Shown in pieces: positions 8,455-16,014 of a DNA stretch of 64,000 bases. The notes below the pieces were generated by a model, which saw only the letters and a program-made list of their open reading frames with translations, ran no database searches and had not been told where the DNA came from. This stretch comes from an uncultured Gammaproteobacteria bacterium (GTDB taxonomy: Bacteria; Patescibacteriota; Patescibacteriia; UBA10025; JAHIVO01), in contig CAZVMV010000003.1 in assembly GCA_964628855.1 (NCBI GenBank), positions 9,665 through 73,664 of the forward strand, in the 5' to 3' direction. How positions within the stretch are numbered: the first letter of the stretch is position 1; every line of letters begins with the position of its first letter. The position numbers and the translations under genes are program-made.

Positions 8455-8979
8455 ATGAATTATGTCATAAAATCCAAGCGGTTTATTTTGAGGCCATATC
8501 GTAAGTCTGACGCACCGGCCGTGGCCCGCAATATAAACGACCAAAAAATTTATAGGTACACTCTCCACATCCCGTATCCGTACCATCTGTCAGACGCCAC
8601 CAAGTGGTTCAAGAAAATAATTCCGGAATACCGTAAAGCCCATCCGTCCTGTATCCATTTCGCCCTTGAGATGGAAGGGGAAATTGTCGGCTGTGTGGGC
8701 CTGTCGAATATCGAACTTAAACATAAGGCGGAAATCGGCTATTGGTTGGCACGGAGATATTGGGGGCAGGGCATCGTGCCTGAGGCAGTAAAGCTAGTAA
8801 CTGTTTTTGCGTTCAATAAATTGAAATTGCGTCGGATATACGCATACACTTTCCCCGCCAATAAACAGTCTGCCAGAGTGATGCAGAAGAATGGCTTTAA
8901 GCGTGAAGGTTTGCTGTACGAAGCGACAAAGAAGGATGGGAAGTTCAGGGATGAATACATCTGGGCAAAATTGAAATAA
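8455..8979 (+). CDS. GNAT family N-acetyltransferase (RimJ/RimL-like)
   Basis: 174 aa. IGYWLARRYWGQGI and ANKQSARVMQKNGFKREG. Confidence 0.8.
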   Translation: MNYVIKSKRFILRPYRKSDAPAVARNINDQKIYRYTLHIPYPYHLSDATKWFKKIIPEYRKAHPSCIHFALEMEGEIVGCVGLSNIELKHKAEIGYWLARRYWGQGIVPEAVKLVTVFAFNKLKLRRIYAYTFPANKQSARVMQKNGFKREGLLYEATKKDGKFRDEYIWAKLK

Positions 8980-9025
8980 AAAATGGCCATGCTGGAGCAT
9001 GGCCTAACCTAGAAAATAATTTCCG

Positions 9026-9418
9026 TCATAGGGCGACGGAGGCGTTTTGGATTCTGGTGAATATCCTACGATCTGAGGTGCGGACGCGTCTGTCCGCACT
9101 GAATGCCTCCGGGTCAGGCGGCAGTTCCAGCGCAATTTGGCAGTCGCCGACCCTAGCCGTGAATAGTACCCTGACGTAGACACAGATTTGCGTGCCGTCT
9201 GGCAGCGAGGCGATGCAAATGCCCGAATCCCTATTAAAATGCAGCGAGGAGAGGTGATTCCCGGCGATCAGGCGGGCTATCAGGTAGGTCGCTTCATTAA
9301 AGGTGAAGTCAGTGTTTGATGCGCGGATCGTATACCCGTGCGGCAAGTTGGGTTGGGCATGTGGATATTCATAGACATACCAATTACACCAGGAGCGGAA
9401 AGTTGGGCGTGAAAGCAT
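9026..9418 (-). CDS. hypothetical protein
   Basis: 130-aa ORF that is GC-richer than its flanks. No motif recognised. Confidence 0.4.
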   Translation of the reverse strand: MLSRPTFRSWCNWYVYEYPHAQPNLPHGYTIRASNTDFTFNEATYLIARLIAGNHLSSLHFNRDSGICIASLPDGTQICVYVRVLFTARVGDCQIALELPPDPEAFSADRRVRTSDRRIFTRIQNASVAL

Positions 9419-9495
9419 TGTCCCTCCGTGCGATGTTTGTTGTTGATTTTGTATTAAATTATTGTAGCATCAATTGTTGAAGAAGGCTATTTTTT

Positions 9496-9524
9496 TTGCC
9501 TTCTGACTGCTTTTCCGCTACAAT
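9496..9524 (+). promoter_or_regulatory. promoter TTGCCT-17-TACAAT, predicts a leaderless glyA mRNA
   Basis: The -10 ends at 9524 and the glyA ATG is at 9531, leaving a 6-nt gap and no SD. Confidence 0.45.
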
Positions 9525-9530
9525 GCAGTC

Positions 9531-10811
9531 ATGGCAATACTGCAAAAAGAAGATCAGGAAATTTTCTCTGCCCTTAGCGACGAAATGAAACGTCAGCAGG
9601 GCGGCTTGGAAATGATACCATCGGAAAATTACGTTTCCCGGGCAGTCTTGGAGGCGCTAGGCGGCATTGGGACTAATAAGTATTCTGAGGGTTATCCTGG
9701 CAAGAGGTATTATGGAGGGAATGAATTTATAGATGTTATTGAAAATATCGCCCGCGAACGTGCAAAACAACTATTCGGCGTTGAGCATGTAAATGTTCAG
9801 CCGTATTCAGGGTCGCCAGCTAACCAGGCGGTTTATTACGCCTTACTCGAGCCAGGCGAAAAGGTAATGGGCATGAGTCTGCCGCACGGCGGACACTTGA
9901 CGCACGGTTGGAAAGTAAATTTTTCAGGCCGGTATTACCATTCAGTGCCGTACGGGGTAGATAGAGAAAGTCACCTGATTAATTACGACGAGGTTTTGGA
10001 GCTGGCTAAAAAGGAAAAACCAAAACTCATAATAGCGGGCGCAACTGCTTATCCACGGGAATTTGATTTCGAGGCATTCGGAAGGATAGCCCGGGAAGTT
10101 GGCGCATATTTACTTACTGATATTTCCCATGTGGCCGGTCTGGTTATCGCCGGTGCGCACCAATCGCCGGTAGATCACGCTGACGTGATTATGACCACTA
10201 CCCACAAGACATTACGCGGACCACGGGGAGCGATGATCCTGTGCCCGAAAATTGAGGACAGGCTGAAGGAAAAATACCATGCGGATTCCAAGTGGAACCT
10301 GGCCGAATTGATCGATCGTGCTGTTTTCCCTGGACTGCAGGGTGGGCCGCATAACCACCAGACCGCCGCCATTGCGGTAGCCCTAAAGGAAGCCTCAACA
10401 AAGTCGTTCCAATTTTATGGCCAGCAGATTGTTAAAAACGCCAAGGCGTTAGCTGCACAGCTTATGGGGCATGGATTTGACCTGGTAACCGGAGGAACGG
10501 ACAATCATTTGGTTCTGATTGACCTGACAAATAAGAACATGTCCGGACAGGAAGCGGAGACACTTCTTGATGAAGTGGGGATTACAGTTAATAAAAATAC
10601 TGTGCCTTTTGACCCGCGCAAGCCGATGGACCCGTCAGGTATCCGGTTAGGCACACCGGCGCTGACCACCCGTGGTTTTTCCGAACTGGATATGAAGGTG
10701 GTGGCAGACGTCATAGCCGAAACAATCCATAATCCGCAGAAGGAGTTGGTCAAAGATGAGGTTCGGAAAAAAGTGAAGGATCTTACTGATAGGCACCCGA
10801 TCTATAAATAA
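9531..10811 (+). CDS. glyA: serine hydroxymethyltransferase
   Basis: 426 aa. LEMIPSENYVS, GYPGKRYYGG and TTTHKTLRGPRG (PLP Lys). Confidence 0.95.
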   Translation: MAILQKEDQEIFSALSDEMKRQQGGLEMIPSENYVSRAVLEALGGIGTNKYSEGYPGKRYYGGNEFIDVIENIARERAKQLFGVEHVNVQPYSGSPANQAVYYALLEPGEKVMGMSLPHGGHLTHGWKVNFSGRYYHSVPYGVDRESHLINYDEVLELAKKEKPKLIIAGATAYPREFDFEAFGRIAREVGAYLLTDISHVAGLVIAGAHQSPVDHADVIMTTTHKTLRGPRGAMILCPKIEDRLKEKYHADSKWNLAELIDRAVFPGLQGGPHNHQTAAIAVALKEASTKSFQFYGQQIVKNAKALAAQLMGHGFDLVTGGTDNHLVLIDLTNKNMSGQEAETLLDEVGITVNKNTVPFDPRKPMDPSGIRLGTPALTTRGFSELDMKVVADVIAETIHNPQKELVKDEVRKKVKDLTDRHPIYK

Positions 10812-10887
10812 CTGACTAAAGTTTGCTGGCAGATAATAAAAACCACCCCGTGGGAGAGGTGGCTCGCTTTGGCTTTTTTTTGGGGAC

Positions 10888-11178
10888 TTAATTGATGTTG
10901 AAGGGGCGCTTGATGGCATTAAGATGCTTAAAGATATACCCATTTTTTGCAGCCGCGCATTCAGCTGCGATGATAAGCCGATCGAAGCGACCATTGAGGT
11001 GCTGTCGGATTTGTTCACGGGTATCCAGGCCATTGATCATCTGGTCGATGAGCGTGACCAAGCCATCATTGATAAGGTGCGGAGTGCATCTTTCGCTGAT
11101 CAGCAGTTCGGCGCAGATCGTACCGAAAGAGCAGCCGCACTCCTTGAGGTCGATCATCGAAACGTACGGAAGCGTCAT
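10888..11178 (-). CDS. hypothetical protein (96 aa)
   Basis: GGAGGG lies 6 nt upstream of ATG 11178. The longer 122-aa form would overlap folD. Confidence 0.5.
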   Translation of the reverse strand: MTLPYVSMIDLKECGCSFGTICAELLISERCTPHLINDGLVTLIDQMINGLDTREQIRQHLNGRFDRLIIAAECAAAKNGYIFKHLNAIKRPFNIN

Positions 11179-11238
11179 CCAAAACCCTCCATGATATCGG
11201 GATGCATTTATTGAATGAATTATGTTATCATTAGTGAT

Positions 11239-12084
11239 ATGGTTAGTCAAGCACACATCATCGACGGCAAGAAAATTGCAGACTCAATTTTGACGGGAGT
11301 CAAGAAACGCGTGGCCGGACTGTCAGACAAGCCGGGTTTGGCGATTATTTTGGTCGGTACGGACCCGGCCTCATATATCTATGTGGGCCTGAAAGAACAG
11401 GCAGCTCAGCAAGTGGGCGTGGCACTGGACAAATATGTCATGCCAGAACAGGTCGGTGAACAAAAAGTGTTTGACAAAATTTCAGTATTGAACAGCCGGA
11501 AAGATATAAATGGAATCCTGGTACAATTGCCTTTACCAAAAGGCTATGACACCGATAAGATTATCAGTTCCATTCTGCCGATCAAGGATGTGGATGGGTT
11601 CCATCCGGAAAATATCCAGTCACAGCAAGAAGGCCGGCTAGGACTGGTGCCAGGGCTGGCGGAGGGAATCATCGAATTAGTGCGGAGCACGGGGGAAAGT
11701 TTGGCAGGGAAGAAGATTGTAATTATTTCTAACAGTAAAATATTTTACCAGCCATTAGCGCAATTGTTTGAAAAACTCGGCTGCTCGGTGGGTCATGTGT
11801 CAGCCGACGATACCACTTTATCGGAACTGACGAGCTCGGCAGACATAATTATTGTCGCGATCGGCCGGCCGAGGTTTGTGAAAAAAGACATGGTCAAGCC
11901 AGGCGCTATTGTTATTGACGTCGGGTATAACCGCGTAAATGGCAAGGCAGTTGGTGACGTGGATTTCGGGCCTGTTTCAGAGATAGCAGGGTGGGTCACG
12001 CCGGTGCCGGGCGGAGTCGGGCCAATGACCGTGGCCATGCTTTTAAAAAATGTATTACGTGCGTATGATCTACAGCGCCAATAG
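11239..12084 (+). CDS. folD: bifunctional methylenetetrahydrofolate dehydrogenase / methenyl-THF cyclohydrolase
   Basis: IIDGKKIA, LAIILVG.DPAS.IYV, DVDGFHP and PGGVGPMTVAML. Confidence 0.9.
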   Translation: MVSQAHIIDGKKIADSILTGVKKRVAGLSDKPGLAIILVGTDPASYIYVGLKEQAAQQVGVALDKYVMPEQVGEQKVFDKISVLNSRKDINGILVQLPLPKGYDTDKIISSILPIKDVDGFHPENIQSQQEGRLGLVPGLAEGIIELVRSTGESLAGKKIVIISNSKIFYQPLAQLFEKLGCSVGHVSADDTTLSELTSSADIIIVAIGRPRFVKKDMVKPGAIVIDVGYNRVNGKAVGDVDFGPVSEIAGWVTPVPGGVGPMTVAMLLKNVLRAYDLQRQ

Positions 12085-12586
12085 CTTTTTTAAATTTTGT
12101 CCGCGTTGTGGACAACGTTATCATGTCCGCCAAAGCCCGGGTTTGTTGGTTTGCATGAGTTGCCATTTCCAGTTTTATCAAAATTCCAAACCGACTGTCT
12201 CCGCATTTATTGAAGACGAAAAAGGACGTATATTATTGGTGGTCAGGGGTATCAATCCGCAGAAAGGCGGTTTGGACGCACCAGGCGGGTTTCTCAAAGA
12301 AGGTGAGGATCCAGTGCACGGAATGTATCGTGAAGTCATGGAAGAGCTAGGCGTCAAAGTTGCTCGCCCGCGATTGCTGGGGATGTATTTGGACAGCTAT
12401 TACTATTACTACCACCTGCGGGTACTTAACATTGTCTACCTAGTCGAAATTAGTTCAGGCAAGTTAAGGGCAATGGATGACGTGAGAGATTATCTGTGGT
12501 TTTCTCCAAAACAGATACCGTGGAGGAAGCTGGCATTCAGATGGATGAAGCCGGCACTGAAGGACTGGATAAAATACCGAAAATAA
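12065..12586 (+). CDS. NUDIX hydrolase with N-terminal zinc ribbon
   Basis: CPRCG...CMSCHF followed by a Nudix box GGFLKEGEDPVHGMYREVMEELG. The start overlaps the folD end. Confidence 0.75.
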   Translation: MIYSANSFFKFCPRCGQRYHVRQSPGLLVCMSCHFQFYQNSKPTVSAFIEDEKGRILLVVRGINPQKGGLDAPGGFLKEGEDPVHGMYREVMEELGVKVARPRLLGMYLDSYYYYYHLRVLNIVYLVEISSGKLRAMDDVRDYLWFSPKQIPWRKLAFRWMKPALKDWIKYRK

Positions 12587-12634
12587 AAAAAGCCCGCCGA
12601 TCAGGCGGACTTTTATTTTATTGTAAAAATTTTT

Positions 12635-13411
12635 TTATGGATTTAGCCTAGCGCCACCGCTCACTAGTGGGTTGAAACCATTTTTGACCTCGGCGCCATC
12701 GAGATAGCCGTCTCCGTCAGTGTCAGGATTCATCCGGTCAGTACCATAGATTTCCTCCTGTTCATCCGTCAGGCCGTCATTGTCCGAATCCAGGACATTG
12801 TTAGTATTGCCATTGGCGTTCCCGTTCAGATTGGAGTTTGTATTGCCGTTACGGTTGGAGTTTGTATTTAGATTGACAGTGGAGTTTGTATTGCCGTTCA
12901 GGTTGCCGGCTATGTTTACGTTTGTAACTGAATTCGTATTCGTCACAGTGTTGGTGTTTGTGGTATTAGTGTTGAAAAGACTATTCAGGTTATTATTCAC
13001 ATTGAGGTTTGTGTTGAGATTCGCATTAAGGTTAGAGGCAGTGTTGGTATTTACATTTGCCTCATTAGCATTATTCGTGTTGGAATTGCTGTATTTGCTG
13101 AATAGGAAAATTGCGGCTGCGATCAGGACGATCAGGATGGCGAATATCATCAATCCGATCATAATTATTTTACTCCGGCTGTGGCGTGGCGGCTCTGGCG
13201 TACCGTCGCCTGGAACATTTAGATTCCTGGGCAAATTAACCAATGGGTTCTGCGGTGGCGGGACTATTGGCCCGGTTCCCATCGGTGGCGGTGGCATTGG
13301 CCCGGCTGGCCTTTTGGCTGTCTGTTCAACAGGTTTCCATGGGCCCCAATTTTTCGGTTGTTCTGGAGCCTGGGGCGCTTGGCCTTGTGGTCGGGTAACA
13401 TTCTCAAACAT
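12635..13411 (-). CDS. membrane-anchored Asn/Thr-rich low-complexity protein with C-terminal thrombospondin type 3-like Ca-binding repeats
   Basis: Pro-rich N-terminus, one TM segment (IIMIGLMIFAILIVLIAAAIFLF), about 100 aa of N/T repeats, then DSDNDGLTDEQE...NPDTDGDGYLDGAEV. Confidence 0.6.
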   Translation of the reverse strand: MFENVTRPQGQAPQAPEQPKNWGPWKPVEQTAKRPAGPMPPPPMGTGPIVPPPQNPLVNLPRNLNVPGDGTPEPPRHSRSKIIMIGLMIFAILIVLIAAAIFLFSKYSNSNTNNANEANVNTNTASNLNANLNTNLNVNNNLNSLFNTNTTNTNTVTNTNSVTNVNIAGNLNGNTNSTVNLNTNSNRNGNTNSNLNGNANGNTNNVLDSDNDGLTDEQEEIYGTDRMNPDTDGDGYLDGAEVKNGFNPLVSGGARLNP

Positions 13412-13460
13412 ATTGTTCGATGTTAATAAAAAATATGTTTATATTATACCATATCGTCGG

Positions 13461-14177
13461 CTATGGCAGAAGAATGAGGGTAGCGGCGGCGATAGATGCT
13501 GTTTCTGCACGTAAAATACGCTTTCCCAGACTTACGGTGGTCAGTCCGTTCTGTTCGGCAAATTCTATTTCAGCAGGGGAATATCCGCCTTCCGGCCCGA
13601 TGAAAAGATGGTAAACAGTAGCGGCGGAGTCTATAATTTCCGGTAAGGAGTTTTTTATCTGGCCCTCCCAGGCGATCAGTTTCTGACCGGGTTGGTTTGC
13701 GACCTGTTTAATGGCATCTTCGAATTTCATAAGGGGATCTAGTGGGGCGATATGTACGCCGCCGCACTGTTCGGTAGATTCGGTGATGATTTTATGATAC
13801 CGAGCCAGTTTATTGTCAGAAATTTCGCGTGTAATACTATTGTCGCTGACCACGGGTACGAAAGCATGAATGCCCAGTTCTACGCCTTTTTGGAGGATCC
13901 ATTCGAACTTATCTTTTTTCAGCAGTGATTGGTATAGGATAAGTTTCTTTTTCGGTTCGCGTTCTGCCTGGCGCTGCTCAATGACGACAGCTTCAACAAC
14001 TAAATTGGCGATGTTTTTAATGGCCAGTTCATATTCTGCCTGCGGGGTGAAAATGAAAAAAACGTCATCCTTTTTCAACCTGAGGATGTTGGTGATTTGC
14101 CGGATAATATCCTTGTCAGAAATGATCAGTGTATCATTCTCTACTTTCACGGCTGGCATGTAGAAGCGTGGTTGCAT
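13461..14177 (-). CDS. rsmE: 16S rRNA (uracil1498-N3)-methyltransferase
   Basis: 238 aa. RFY at the N-terminus, HILRVLRLKKGD-like segment, and IGPEGGYSPAEIEF...VSLGKRILRAETA. Confidence 0.85.
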   Translation of the reverse strand: MQPRFYMPAVKVENDTLIISDKDIIRQITNILRLKKDDVFFIFTPQAEYELAIKNIANLVVEAVVIEQRQAEREPKKKLILYQSLLKKDKFEWILQKGVELGIHAFVPVVSDNSITREISDNKLARYHKIITESTEQCGGVHIAPLDPLMKFEDAIKQVANQPGQKLIAWEGQIKNSLPEIIDSAATVYHLFIGPEGGYSPAEIEFAEQNGLTTVSLGKRILRAETASIAAATLILLP

Positions 14178-14196
14178 GTAATAAGTATATCATAAT

Positions 14197-14223
14197 AAAA
14201 AAAGGGCCGTGAGGCGACAGCCC
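14197..14223 (-). terminator. intrinsic terminator 20 nt upstream of rsmE start
   Basis: Minus strand GGGCTGT-CGCCTC-ACGGCCC followed by U7 (A-run 14197-14203 on the + strand). Confidence 0.6.
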
Positions 14224-14398
14224 TTATGCCCATGCTACGACCATGCGTCTCTCACGTTGGTAACGGGCCAGCGTTTATTCCGCCATTTCGTAGTCGCCTA
14301 TTGCCCATGACAACTCAGCGCAGCAGGCGTGCCTCACGGCAGCCGAGTCCCAATGCTCAAAGGCATATAGGATCGTTGTGGCTATTCACGATCCGGAC
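14197..14398 (-). ncRNA. orphan ~200-nt structured transcript (riboswitch/attenuator-like leader of rsmE or independent sRNA)
   Basis: Own promoter at 14432-14405. The 10-nt segment 14331-40 is the exact reverse complement of 14206-15, which covers the terminator loop and 3' strand. Direct repeats CATGGGCA-TA-GG occur at 14293-309 and 14213-34. No ORF on this strand. Confidence 0.45.
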
Positions 14399-14404
14399 GG
14401 CCAT

Positions 14405-14432
14405 ATCTTATCACCGCGCTGCAATTAGTCAA
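14405..14432 (-). promoter_or_regulatory. sigma70-like promoter TTGACT-16-TAAGAT
   Basis: -35 at 14432-14427 and -10 at 14410-14405 on the minus strand. Confidence 0.5.
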
Positions 14433-14462
14433 ATTTATAATTTGCTGATACAATGCTTCCAT

Positions 14463-15509
14463 ATGAGCTTTTCTATCGGCATAGTCGGACTGCCCAATGT
14501 CGGCAAGTCGACGTTATTCAAAGCGCTGACCAAAAAACAGGTTGACGCCTCAAACTATCCTTTTTGCACGATCGACCCGAACGTCGGCACGGTCGCCGTG
14601 CCTGACGAGCGGCTGGAAAAACTGGCCAAGCTTTATGACTCAAAGAAAGTCGTCCCGACAGTAGTCGAGTTTGTGGATATTGCCGGACTAGTCGCTGGCG
14701 CTCACAAAGGTGAGGGACTCGGGAACAAATTCCTGTCGCATATCCGGACCGTCGACGCCATCTGCCAGGTGGTACGCAAATTCTCTGACCCGAATGTCAT
14801 CCATGTCGCCAACAAAGTCGATCCCCAGTCTGACGAGGAAACGATCAGGCTGGAATTGATTTATGCCGACCTGGCGACCGTCGAAAAACGGATCGCCGAC
14901 ACCGCCCCAAAGACGAAAAGCGGGGATAAGGAAGCAGCCAAATTCCTGGCGATCTACCAAAAAATAAAGCAGTTTCTGGACGATGGTAAATTATTGTCTG
15001 AAGTTGATTTGTCGGAAGAGGATAAACTTTCCATCCGTGATCTGAATTTATTGACGGTCAAACCGATGTTACGAGTATTAAACGTAGACGAATCCGAGGC
15101 GGCCAAAGACATCCCCGGCTATATCGTGATCAGCGCTAAGGTCGAGTCAGAGCTGGCGGAGATGTCTGATGCTGATGCCAAAGAGTTTTTGCAGAGCTTG
15201 GGATTGCAAAAAACCGGCCTGGACCGTTTGATTACCGCTGCATACAAAGCTCTCGATTTAATAACATTTTTAACGGCCGGACCTGACGAGACCCGTGCTT
15301 GGACCGTAAAAAGGGGCTCGTCTGCACCCCAGGCAGGAGCGGCAATTCACACTGACTTCGAGCACAAATTCATACGCGCAGAAGTGACTCCATGGCAGGA
15401 CCTGTTGGCATGCATGGGTGAAGTTGGGGCGCGTGAAGCGGGGAAAACCCGGACGGAGGGCAGAGAGTATATAGTCCAGGATGGCGACGTGATTTATTTC
15501 CGGATTTAA
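14463..15509 (+). CDS. ychF: redox-regulated ribosome-associated ATPase YchF
   Basis: Starts MSFSIGIVGLPNVGKSTLF at ATG 14463. Has the C-terminal TGS region AGAAIHTDFEHKFIRAEV. The listed start at 14226 only adds unrelated upstream sequence. Confidence 0.9.
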   Translation: MSFSIGIVGLPNVGKSTLFKALTKKQVDASNYPFCTIDPNVGTVAVPDERLEKLAKLYDSKKVVPTVVEFVDIAGLVAGAHKGEGLGNKFLSHIRTVDAICQVVRKFSDPNVIHVANKVDPQSDEETIRLELIYADLATVEKRIADTAPKTKSGDKEAAKFLAIYQKIKQFLDDGKLLSEVDLSEEDKLSIRDLNLLTVKPMLRVLNVDESEAAKDIPGYIVISAKVESELAEMSDADAKEFLQSLGLQKTGLDRLITAAYKALDLITFLTAGPDETRAWTVKRGSSAPQAGAAIHTDFEHKFIRAEVTPWQDLLACMGEVGAREAGKTRTEGREYIVQDGDVIYFRI

Positions 15510-15612
15510 TTTTTGCCTCAGTTAGCGAAATTTTCAGATTTTTATCTTACGCAACGTGCCCATTACCCTTGACACGGCTATTTTTTATTTACATTAGTAC
15601 TATAATAAAGAC

Positions 15613-15996
15613 AGATTGACAAAAAGAGATTTCCTCGAACCTTCACAAACAAGGAGGTAACTATCTGTAATAAAACCGGTGATATGCGCAATAACCATCT
15701 GTTATTGCGATTAAGAATGTTCGTCCTGACGAAAGTCAGGGCAGTAGTATGGTATAGCCAGACGCCTCAAGCCTGGCAGAAAGGAGGTACTGGGTACTAT
15801 GGTTTGCAGAATCGTTATCGTTAGCAACAGTACCGCGCATTTCTTGCTGGAAAGGAGGTGATCCGTGCAGCGAAAGCTGCATGCCGTGGAAGGGCGCCAG
15901 TCCCTTCCTAATCTGGCAAAAGATTGGAGGTGGTACCTTCGCAGGAAAATAATCTCTTTTCGAATAAGACGCTGGGATTTGTCCCAGCGTTTTTTA
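15613..15996 (+). ncRNA. candidate large structured RNA with four Shine-Dalgarno-like boxes (unknown class)
   Basis: AAGGAGGT at 15651, 15781 and 15852, and TTGGAGGT at 15924. A 9-bp closing helix joins 15622-30 to 15952-60. GAAA-loop hairpins at 15725-40 and 15866-81; further hairpins at 15687-709 and 15888-908. TATAAT at 15601-06 and a strong terminator at the 3' end. Confidence 0.45.
15969..15996 (+). terminator. intrinsic terminator (strong on +, weaker on -)
   Basis: 9-bp stem ACGCTGGGA / TCCCAGCGT with loop TTTG, then a run of T. Confidence 0.75.
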
Positions 15997-16014
15997 CCGT
16001 AAAAATTTAAATAA

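Noticed and set aside
12800-13100. Short periodic AAT/ACC/AAC-rich DNA repeats that might be a tandem repeat or CRISPR-like array.
   Set aside because: The periodicity is codon-level (Asn/Thr codons) inside a continuous ORF. There are no repeat-spacer units of fixed length.
12780-13514. A 244-aa plus-strand ORF, together with similar long antisense ORFs at 19243-20121, 33055-33969, 53572-54228, 60237-60761, 60778-61293 and 20784-21281.
   Set aside because: All lie antisense to genes with clear family motifs and have low-complexity or Arg/Ser/Pro-rich shadow composition with no SD. They are shadow ORFs in GC-rich or repetitive coding DNA.
14197-14398. Attempted to identify the orphan RNAs (also 15613-15996 and 52516-52714) as RNase P RNA, tmRNA, SRP RNA or 6S RNA.
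   Set aside because: By eye there is no GGAAAGUCC/ACAGAA P4 pair, no GGGG...UCCACCA tRNA-like ends, no GGAA tetraloop with an AGCA symmetric loop, and no full end-to-end 6S stem. Identity is left open pending cmscan.
14226-14462. The ORF track extends ychF 79 codons upstream (MPMLRPCVSH...).
   Set aside because: The canonical YchF N-terminus MSFSIGIVGLPNVGKST begins at ATG 14463. The upstream part has no SD and overlaps a minus-strand promoter, structured region and terminator.
15852-15881. The minus strand reads hairpin plus GGATCACCTCCTTTCC, which looks like the 3' end of a 16S rRNA gene or a pseudogene fragment.
   Set aside because: Nothing upstream on that strand resembles helix 44 or the GTCGTAACAAGGTA region, so it is not an rRNA gene remnant. 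It is kept only as a possible mimic inside the SD-box RNA finding.
15917-15996. A T-box riboswitch, suggested by GGTGGTACC resembling the T-box GGUGGUACCGCG, with a possible antiterminator A1 helix AAAAGATT/AATCTCTTTT.
   Set aside because: There is no downstream gene on this strand. The terminator (15969-96) does not overlap the putative antiterminator, and I could not find Stem I, specifier-loop or AG-box elements.
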